64,000 nucleotides of DNA from a virus. Shown here in pieces: positions 29,037 through 36,284 of this stretch. The notes below the pieces were generated by a model. That model did no database searches and had not been told where the DNA came from. It saw only the letters and a list, made by a program, of their open reading frames with translations. The stretch's first letter is position 1; every line of letters starts with the position of its first letter. The stretch lies in IMG/VR virus record IMGVR_UViG_3300023499_000220, positions 113,645-177,644 of that record. One strand, 5' to 3'. A program made the position numbers and the translations under genes.

Positions 29037-29555
29037 TTAAATAATCGAGAACTTACGCTTTTTGTTTGTGAACTCAACAATCATAGAAGGACGACGACTG
29101 CCGATAGTCTCTTTCCGATTCTCAGAGTCAATGAACAGATAAGGGTTCGTCATCTTGATTCTGGCAGGCAGAAACTTTACCCTTACTCCCTGCTGTCCAT
29201 AAATGTATCTCTGGAACCAGTCAGAGTCCGTAGAAACGGGTAAAAGCATGACGACCGTGGTATTCTTTTTCCTTGACTCCTCGTACGCCTTGCGCACCCA
29301 CAACTTAAAGGACTTATGCCCTGTCGGGGGATTGCAAAATACTGTTTCACCTTTCCAGTCCTGCAAGAGGCCATCGACACGCTCCGTGTAATATTTCTTG
29401 CATTTATGATTTTTGTCCGATGCAGCCGCATCCAGAGTGAAACCGTATTCCTTGTTCAGGTCATCGAAAAGCCCCTGAGGCGTCTCCCATTCCTGTTTGT
29501 GAGTATTCTTGACTGCATAAGTCTTATCCGTTGTTTTCGTTTCTACGCTGTTCAT
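29037..29555 (-). CDS. dam: phage-type DNA N6-adenine methyltransferase (Dam family, 172 aa)
   Basis: EWETPQGLFDDLNKEYGFTLDAAAS and the catalytic-loop variant NPPTG match the small phage Dam family (PF05869-like). Confidence 0.65.
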   Translation of the reverse strand: MNSVETKTTDKTYAVKNTHKQEWETPQGLFDDLNKEYGFTLDAAASDKNHKCKKYYTERVDGLLQDWKGETVFCNPPTGHKSFKLWVRKAYEESRKKNTTVVMLLPVSTDSDWFQRYIYGQQGVRVKFLPARIKMTNPYLFIDSENRKETIGSRRPSMIVEFTNKKRKFSII

Positions 29556-29584
29556 GGCAATCTTCCCCTTACGATTGATGATGT

Positions 29585-30223
29585 TTATTTCGTGGTCTTT
29601 GGGCCTTTTAAAAGCCCCTTGGTTCTGAGAATGTTCCGCACATATGCAAGGCGTCTTCTGCCAAAGCCATGTGCATTCTGCTTACTTTTGTTTTCGGCAT
29701 AAGCCATATCAGAATACTTGATGCCGTCTTTGTAATGCTTCAAGAGATAATCTGTAACAGTCGTATCTCTGATTGCAAGAATAGCATCGACAATTCTCGC
29801 TTCTTCTTTTTTCGAATAAGGATAATCGTCGATGTTATACCTGACCCCGTCCAGCCCGCAAATGATATTCACGGGCCAACCCTTACGGAAGGCAATGTTT
29901 GCTTCGCGGATATTCCGTTCTGTCATGACATCGCCGGTCTTATCTCTTCTGTGCCTATACAATGTTCGCTGCGCACAGGCTTTGCATATACCCCGCGCAT
30001 ATATGATAGAAAGCCTATTACAAATAGGGCATTCTTCGATTCGGACATGCTTTCCAGACTTAACGGTTTGATAATCCAACCCGTTGATGTAAGTCTTATT
30101 GTTAAAGGTGATTGTTTCCGCACCCTTGTATTCAGGAAACTCATCTCCCGTATAAGTTCCCTTCATCTCTGCGGGAAGGGTATCTGCGTCGCTTTGAAGT
30201 ACGTAGAATTTCTTTTTGCTCAT
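29585..30223 (-). CDS. zinc-ribbon hypothetical protein (212 aa)
   Basis: CPICN...CKACAQ motif. Confidence 0.35.
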   Translation of the reverse strand: MSKKKFYVLQSDADTLPAEMKGTYTGDEFPEYKGAETITFNNKTYINGLDYQTVKSGKHVRIEECPICNRLSIIYARGICKACAQRTLYRHRRDKTGDVMTERNIREANIAFRKGWPVNIICGLDGVRYNIDDYPYSKKEEARIVDAILAIRDTTVTDYLLKHYKDGIKYSDMAYAENKSKQNAHGFGRRRLAYVRNILRTKGLLKGPKTTK

Positions 30224-30242
30224 AGTCTACCACCGTTTCTGC

Positions 30243-30962
30243 TTATCCTGCGATGCTGCTTTCAGCAACCTCGAATGGCTTTACATCAACAAGCCTTACA
30301 GAAACAATGGTAGCAAGCAGGTCTTTGGTGCTATTGAAGATGATGTTCTTCTTCTCGCCAAAGGTATCATAGAACTGAGCAGAGCAGCGATTCGGATTGT
30401 CATCGGTATCCAGCATTTTGAATCCACTCTCTCCTCTGCACAGCATCGTGGTAATATAACTACCCATGTTGCAGAAGAAATCGGTTGTAGTAAACCGGAA
30501 TACCGGAGGCGTTTTCTTACGGATGGTGATGTACCGCTCGTAAAGTTCTCCGTTGATTTCCGTAACCATCAGAAGTTCAAAGGTACAGATGAACTGCCCT
30601 GCTGTCGGTGACGGAATTCCGTGCGTAGGAGTTCTCTTGTGCTGCGCCGCACTCTCCGCCTCGTACATGATTCCGTACTGTGTGACGTTGACGGTGCCGA
30701 GATTGTCAATCTTCTTGACAGTCTGATGTTTGACGAGATAGCCGTCGTACATAAGACGGTCAATAATTCTCTCGCCCTTGGCTTTCAAATTGTCGCCCTC
30801 AATCGTTGAAACGACTTCGTCAGAACCCTCGTACTGATAGCCAACGACACGACCAAAACATGCAGGCGCATCGTTTTCACTTTCTACTTTCAGGGACATA
30901 ACTGACCCGAAAGGGCAATACTCCGGAATTCTTTTCTTTGCTACATAACGTTTTTCTACCAT
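30243..30962 (-). CDS. hypothetical protein (239 aa)
   Basis: Intact ORF downstream of family-B promoter copy 2. Confidence 0.4.
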   Translation of the reverse strand: MVEKRYVAKKRIPEYCPFGSVMSLKVESENDAPACFGRVVGYQYEGSDEVVSTIEGDNLKAKGERIIDRLMYDGYLVKHQTVKKIDNLGTVNVTQYGIMYEAESAAQHKRTPTHGIPSPTAGQFICTFELLMVTEINGELYERYITIRKKTPPVFRFTTTDFFCNMGSYITTMLCRGESGFKMLDTDDNPNRCSAQFYDTFGEKKNIIFNSTKDLLATIVSVRLVDVKPFEVAESSIAG

Positions 30963-31126
30963 TGAATCTGTCCCCCGTGTTTGCTTGTTGATTCGTATGA
31001 TATTGCCTATTTATTCTAATATAGTCAACATCAAAAAACTGCGTAAAAAATCGCACAGATGTTCTTCTGCGCTGTTCCACCATAGAAATATCACCGATAT
31101 TCCCTGTTCATCTTGAACATATCTAT

Positions 31127-31155
31127 ATTATACCACATTAAAACAAGGTAGTCAA
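31127..31155 (-). promoter_or_regulatory. Family-B promoter copy 2 (TTGACT-17-TGGTATAAT)
   Basis: Plus-strand text attataccacattaaaacaaggtagtcaa. Confidence 0.55.
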
Positions 31156-31223
31156 CGACAAAAACCGTCGCAAATGTTAGTTTTCGCATTTACGACGGCT
31201 GAAGTTATATTTTTTTGAGCAAA

Positions 31224-32759
31224 TTATTTTATATCGCTTGCGTTTTCGTCAGGTTCGATGTGTGCATTGTCATCAGCCTTCTCGATTACAGGCAAACCGT
31301 GAATGTTGATATTGCGGTCAGTCTTAGCATTGATACTGTTCGCACGAACGATATCGGCCATATCGATACCGGTAGCTTCCTTGACGGTCTGCATGGTCTG
31401 TGCCATCAGCACGGGAACATTCCCAGACACGCCGGAAACGCCAGATGCATCGCCGCCAATGATAGACACCTTATCGATTGCGGACAAGGGCTGAGCCACA
31501 TTCTTAGCAATATCAGGCAGGACCTTGATAAGCATTTCAGCGACAGCAGCATCGTTGTACTGCTTGTAAGCTTCCGCCTTTTGCTTCATAGCTTCGGCTT
31601 CAGCAATACCCTTCTGACGGATAGCCTCAGCTTCTGCCTTACCTACAAGGGCAATACCTTCGGCTTCCTGCTGCTTTGCAAATTTCTGAGCCTCAGCAGC
31701 GCGTTCGGCTTCGTATTTTTTTGCTTCTGCTTCTTTTTGGCGTTTATACAATTCGGCATCCGCAGCTTTGCGAACCTCTGCATCCAGTTTTCTCTGCTGA
31801 ACCTCGGCTTCCTGTGCAGCAAGGTCGACCATCTTCTTCTGCTTTGCGATTTCCGCATCAGCTTCGGCTTCCTTGATTTCCTTGGCGCGAAGATTTGTCT
31901 GAATCTGTCCTGCAGCGTTGGCATCAGCAGCAGCCTTGTCAGCCTCGGCTTTCAATTTGGCCTTTGCCAGCTGCAATTCATTGTTGCGCTGTGCAATAGC
32001 AGTCTGGGCTTCAACTTCCTTTTCATTGGCTGCCATTTCAGCGTCAGCCTTTGCGCGAGCAATATCACGAGCGGCTTCGGCACGAGCAATCTCTGCACGT
32101 TTCTTGACGGCTTCTTCCTGCTCAATACCAATAGCCTCAATGACGCCGTGATTGTGACCCTGCGCATCAACGGCGTCTTTTACATCCTGCACATTGAATG
32201 TTACAACTTCGAGGCCCATCTTTGCAAGGTCAGGACGGGCATTTTCGATTACTGACAGCGCCATTTGTTTACGATTTGTGAGAATCTGGTCAACCGTCAT
32301 ATCCGAAACGATTTCGCGCAGGTTGCCTTGCAAGACATCATTTACTTTATCATTGATGCCTTTTTCGTCCATGCCAAGGAAGTTCGAAATAGCCGACTGC
32401 TGACGACCCGTAATATATTCCTTGACATCCTTTGCACCAGATGCCTGAACCTCAGAGTCGAGAACAGTAGAATTATCGCTGTATACCTGAATCGTTACAA
32501 CAGAATCAATCCAGAGCGATACGCCTTCTTTTGTCTTGACACCCGTCTCAGGGGTTTTGACATCAATTTTCAGAAGACGCATATTCAGCTTATCTGCACG
32601 CTGCAGCACAGGGATGACAAATGTACCCTTTCCACAAACGACCTTGGGCTTTTTCAAGCCGAATCCAGTCACAACGATGGCTGCTGTGGGAGGCGCTTTT
32701 TTGTAGCATGTGAATGCGAACAAAACAAACAATACGACAATGATGATTCCTAAAAACAT
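31224..32759 (-). CDS. flotillin / SPFH (band-7) domain protein (511 aa)
   Basis: N-terminal TM segment, SPFH domain, and a long Ala/Glu/Lys-rich coiled-coil (EA-repeat) region typical of FloT/YqiK flotillins. Confidence 0.85.
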   Translation of the reverse strand: MFLGIIIVVLFVLFAFTCYKKAPPTAAIVVTGFGLKKPKVVCGKGTFVIPVLQRADKLNMRLLKIDVKTPETGVKTKEGVSLWIDSVVTIQVYSDNSTVLDSEVQASGAKDVKEYITGRQQSAISNFLGMDEKGINDKVNDVLQGNLREIVSDMTVDQILTNRKQMALSVIENARPDLAKMGLEVVTFNVQDVKDAVDAQGHNHGVIEAIGIEQEEAVKKRAEIARAEAARDIARAKADAEMAANEKEVEAQTAIAQRNNELQLAKAKLKAEADKAAADANAAGQIQTNLRAKEIKEAEADAEIAKQKKMVDLAAQEAEVQQRKLDAEVRKAADAELYKRQKEAEAKKYEAERAAEAQKFAKQQEAEGIALVGKAEAEAIRQKGIAEAEAMKQKAEAYKQYNDAAVAEMLIKVLPDIAKNVAQPLSAIDKVSIIGGDASGVSGVSGNVPVLMAQTMQTVKEATGIDMADIVRANSINAKTDRNINIHGLPVIEKADDNAHIEPDENASDIK

Positions 32760-32774
32760 GGTATACTCCTTTTC

Positions 32775-33005
32775 TTATCTGCAATGGGATTTGCAATACT
32801 TTGACACTTTGCTGGCGACCTCTTTCTTGAATGCATATTCATCACATTGTGCCAAACGCATTTTATATATCTCCTGCTGTTTGGCAACACGAGCCGAATA
32901 GCCTTCGCATACGGAATGACATCCAGCTTTGCGATGTGGGCATTGATAACAGGTTCTAAAAATGTCGTGTTCGCTCGCACTTCCAGTATTGCTGTTCGAT
33001 GTCAT
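32775..33005 (-). CDS. Cys-rich small protein (76 aa)
   Basis: CYQCPHRKAGCHSVCEG plus a C-terminal CKSHC motif. Downstream of family-B promoter copy 3. Confidence 0.35.
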   Translation of the reverse strand: MTSNSNTGSASEHDIFRTCYQCPHRKAGCHSVCEGYSARVAKQQEIYKMRLAQCDEYAFKKEVASKVSKYCKSHCR

Positions 33006-33043
33006 AAATGGAATTCCCCCTGTCTTTCCAATTGATATATTAT

Positions 33044-33072
33044 ATTATACCACAAATAGGCGAATGAATCAA
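33044..33072 (-). promoter_or_regulatory. Family-B promoter copy 3 (TTGATT-17-TGGTATAAT)
   Basis: Plus-strand text attataccacaaataggcgaatgaatcaa. Confidence 0.45.
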
Positions 33073-33124
33073 TGAAAAAAGACGAGCAAGATATTTCTCA
33101 CTCGCCTTCTGCTCTTTTGTGTTG

Positions 33125-34213
33125 TTAGGCTTCTTCGCTGCCTTCGCTATCTTCTTCTTTGCGACTATCCTTAGAGAACCCAACAAAACCGCATGCGCCT
33201 GCAGAAATTCCAAAGATTACTGCCATGATGGGCATGATGAGTCTGTTTCGATATACAGCACCTACAATGAAATTAGCGTTAGCTACCTGCTCCAATACAT
33301 AGTGTGCAATCGCGCAAATTGTAAGTTCAGAAGCGTTACCGAACGATTCATCAAGACCGATGCTGAGCAGCGACATGGAATAGGTTGCACTGGCTACATA
33401 CTTGATTTCGATAGGTGCAGCGGTTTCATATACAGCTACATAACTCTTGCCGGTATTCTTTTGACCGTAGATAGACAGTGTGCGGTAGAATCCGCCTTCT
33501 GCCCTTGCTACTGGGTCGCTTGTCCACTTACCGCCTGTGATTTTATAGGAATCACTGTTCAGACCGATGGCAGACATCAAATCGCTCTTATAACCATCCC
33601 AAAGCGGTGTGGCGGGATTGTATGTGTGGACTTTTCCGAGATAGACATATGCGGTGGCACCTTCCGGAATTACGACTTGTCCATCAATCGTGAAATCGAC
33701 CCATGTATCGGTGTCCTCGACTTCATTGACCTCTTTCAGAACGCCTTCAACTTCCGTACCATCATCAAGAGTGAAGGTCTTGTTTTGCGGGGCGTTCGGT
33801 TTCTTGTCTTCGCCCTTGTACTCCACTGTCATTTCTGTGGGAATATCGGCTTGTTCTTCCGTGTACTGAACATCTTCGAGCGGCAATTCATACTGTTCTC
33901 CGCCCAGCGTTACAGTATAGGTCTGAGGAACTTCTTTTACAGTCAAATCCGTATATTCTACGGTTTCTTGATACTTGGTATTGAGTTCCCTTTGCTGATA
34001 ATCTACGCTGTCTTCGTCGAGGACATAGGTATTACCGTTCTCCTCAATCTCCTTCGGAAGAGGATTGGCATCAGCTTCTTCTTGGTCCTTGTAATTGAAC
34101 TCACGAGTGATATCAATATCAATATCACCAAGAGAAGTCAACGCTTGTGTAGAAATGCATCCTACGCAAAGCAGCGCACTTACAAAAGCAAGCACTCTCA
34201 TTATATTCTTCAT
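33125..34213 (-). CDS. secreted, C-terminally membrane-anchored surface protein (about 362 aa from MKNIMRV; ORF open to 34330)
   Basis: Signal peptide MKNIMRVLAFVSALLCVGC. Acidic beta-rich body. C-terminal TM segment plus charged tail. Downstream of family-A promoter copy 6. Confidence 0.5.
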   Translation of the reverse strand: MKNIMRVLAFVSALLCVGCISTQALTSLGDIDIDITREFNYKDQEEADANPLPKEIEENGNTYVLDEDSVDYQQRELNTKYQETVEYTDLTVKEVPQTYTVTLGGEQYELPLEDVQYTEEQADIPTEMTVEYKGEDKKPNAPQNKTFTLDDGTEVEGVLKEVNEVEDTDTWVDFTIDGQVVIPEGATAYVYLGKVHTYNPATPLWDGYKSDLMSAIGLNSDSYKITGGKWTSDPVARAEGGFYRTLSIYGQKNTGKSYVAVYETAAPIEIKYVASATYSMSLLSIGLDESFGNASELTICAIAHYVLEQVANANFIVGAVYRNRLIMPIMAVIFGISAGACGFVGFSKDSRKEEDSEGSEEA

Positions 34214-34277
34214 AGCTTTTTTTGGCGTCTTAGCAGCTTGTCTGCCTGTACGCCGCCTCCTTTCGAATTCTCCTTTT

Positions 34278-34305
34278 ATTGTATCTACTTTGCAGCAAAT
34301 AGCAA
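34278..34305 (-). promoter_or_regulatory. Family-A promoter copy 6 (TTGCTA-16-TACAAT)
   Basis: Plus-strand text attgta-tctactttgcagcaaa-tagcaa. Confidence 0.5.
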
Positions 34306-34352
34306 AGAAAAAAGCCGAGCGGCTTATCACCGCTCGGCATCCCCATCACATA

Positions 34353-34913
34353 TCAATCTTCATCGACGTCTTCGTTGACAGTCGTGTTTACTCGTTCCTC
34401 TTTCGGAATGTACTTAGGTGTGGGCTCACAACGACATTTGAGTACATATTCACTATCGCCAAACGCAAGTTCCTTTAATGCTAACGGGTAGGCAAAAAAC
34501 AGCTTCTTGGCAAATGCTTCATCCTTATCAAACGCTTTTGCCAGTTTCTTGTAGAAGAACCAGCAATAAGCAGACAATGCAAGAGTGTAAGCAATGGAAT
34601 CGAACTGGAACATTGTAAATCCAGTTCCCAACTCGACATGGTTCATAAAATACCACACCCAAAGCCAAGACGGAACACACTGAATGATAGAGCCTACACC
34701 GTATACCAGCGGATACACGCCATAGGTACCATAGGCGAAAATAAGCGGAGAAGCTCCCTTCTTATATGCCTTATAGGACATTTTCATAACACAAACAAAA
34801 ATAAAAAGAAGTGTTACGGTAGTCAGCAGATTAGCAATGAAGTGTAAGAAGCCAAGCCCCTTCGTACAAAGATGTAAAGTCAATCCTAAATAAAGAATAA
34901 TCGGCATTTTCAT
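34353..34913 (-). CDS. polytopic membrane protein (186 aa)
   Basis: Five or six hydrophobic helices. Downstream of family-B promoter copy 4. Confidence 0.45.
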   Translation of the reverse strand: MKMPIILYLGLTLHLCTKGLGFLHFIANLLTTVTLLFIFVCVMKMSYKAYKKGASPLIFAYGTYGVYPLVYGVGSIIQCVPSWLWVWYFMNHVELGTGFTMFQFDSIAYTLALSAYCWFFYKKLAKAFDKDEAFAKKLFFAYPLALKELAFGDSEYVLKCRCEPTPKYIPKEERVNTTVNEDVDED

Positions 34914-34929
34914 TCCTCCTCTTTTCTAT

Positions 34930-34958
34930 ATTATACCACATTTTGCCTTAATGGTCAA
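34930..34958 (-). promoter_or_regulatory. Family-B promoter copy 4 (TTGACC-17-TGGTATAAT)
   Basis: Plus-strand text attataccacattttgccttaatggtcaa. Confidence 0.55.
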
Positions 34959-35155
34959 CTTGTATAATACAAAAAAGATAGCCACCCATTTCTGAGCGGC
35001 TATCTGAAGATTTGAGGTCCACATTCAGCGCCTAAACCCTGTTCTGCTTCCCTGATGACTGGTTTTATCGTTGCTCGCCAACCGCAGGTCTATACATCCT
35101 GCATCGCACTTTGAGAAAATAATCGAGTTTATGTGCCAGCCTCACAAGGCGTCTT

Positions 35156-35860
35156 TTAGCCTACTGCAGTTTCGTCAGCAGGGGCCTCGGACTCAGCAGC
35201 AGAATCAGCCTCGGCAGTATCCTCAGAGGAAGCCTCCTCAGTGGATTCGGCGGCATCGCCATCAGTCTCGGCGCTTTCAGCCTCGCTGTCGGAAGCCTCA
35301 CTGTCAGCAGCTTCAGATTCAGCAGTGCTCTCAGCCTCGGATGCAGCCGCTTCCTCAGCAGGCACGGAGGTAGCCACCAGCAGATTGCCCTCGGCATCAG
35401 CCTGACCACAGTTGTACAGATATGCGAACGCAGCACTCAGATTGTCGAACTTGGACAGGTCAGGAACCTCAACAGTAGAACCGTCATCAGCGGTCTTGGT
35501 ACCGTCGAAATGAACGCTGCCATCCTCGTCATAGCGAACGGTGACGGTATAGCCATCGCTTGCCAGAGCTTCAGTCATATAAGCGGCATAAGCGTTCATG
35601 GTGGTCTTCATCTGGTCCTCACTCAGAGAAACACCATCGGGCATCTCAGTCAGCTTGCTGTTGTCCAGAACCTCAACTGCGGACTCACTGGTCGCGCCGC
35701 TTGCACTGGCAGCATCATCCTTCTTGCCACAACCAACAAATGCAGTGCAGGCCATTGCCATAGCGAGACACAGCGCAGCACCCTTCTTTACAGAACTCTT
35801 GTTAACCTTCTGCATGAGTAACTTCTCCTTTTTCATGTGTGTTTGATGTGCATATTTCAA
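35156..35860 (-). CDS. acidic lipoprotein (234 aa; lipobox FVGC)
   Basis: Signal peptide with lipobox AFVGC. Asp/Glu/Ala/Ser-rich C-terminus. Preceded by a ~330-nt leader containing tandem palindromic repeats. Confidence 0.5.
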   Translation of the reverse strand: MKYAHQTHMKKEKLLMQKVNKSSVKKGAALCLAMAMACTAFVGCGKKDDAASASGATSESAVEVLDNSKLTEMPDGVSLSEDQMKTTMNAYAAYMTEALASDGYTVTVRYDEDGSVHFDGTKTADDGSTVEVPDLSKFDNLSAAFAYLYNCGQADAEGNLLVATSVPAEEAAASEAESTAESEAADSEASDSEAESAETDGDAAESTEEASSEDTAEADSAAESEAPADETAVG

Positions 35861-36040
35861 TCTAACGCAACCCGTGCAGGTTGCAACTGAAAGCAGCGCA
35901 CGATGCTAGTCTATTTCAATCTAACGCAACCCATGCGGGTTGCAACAGCAAACTTACACATTTTCATGTGTGTTTGTTCGATGTGCATATTTCAATCTAA
36001 CGCAACCCGTGCGGGTTGCAACAGCAAACTTGCACAAACG
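35830..36040. repeat. three tandem ~60-75-bp repeats, each with the core ATTTCAATCTAACGCAACCCGTGCGGGTTGCAAC (an 18-bp palindrome)
   Basis: Cores at 35854..35887, 35913..35946 and 35989..36022. The flanking ttttcatgtgtgtttg(ttc)gatgtgcat and agcaaactt(a/g)caca segments are also repeated. Confidence 0.8.
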
Positions 36041-36176
36041 GAGCAATAAGTTGTCATGCATTTTGTACAGTGTTTGTCTGTTTTTTGACCATACAATATG
36101 GTCAGATGCTACTTACTGCAATGGAATCATATCCTTTCATCATATTGTTTGAACAAGCTTCATGCACTATGCTTAT

Positions 36177-36205
36177 ATTATACCACTAAAAGTATAAATA
36201 GTCAA
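36177..36205 (-). promoter_or_regulatory. Family-B promoter copy 5 (TTGACT-17-TGGTATAAT)
   Basis: Plus-strand text attataccactaaaagtataaatagtcaa. The transcript would traverse the tandem palindromic repeats before reaching the lipoprotein gene. Confidence 0.5.
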
Positions 36206-36212
36206 CAAAGAA

Positions 36213-36246
36213 TAGCGCCCCACAGATTTTTCTGCGGAGCGCTATA
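36213..36246 (-). terminator. probable intrinsic terminator of the 2,672-aa adhesin gene
   Basis: Inverted repeat agcgctccgcag / ctgtggggcgct followed by a T-rich tract on the minus strand, directly after the stop at 36285. Confidence 0.45.
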
Positions 36247-36284
36247 TGTTATCTCTTACACGGAGTAGAGATTATTTCAGTTGG

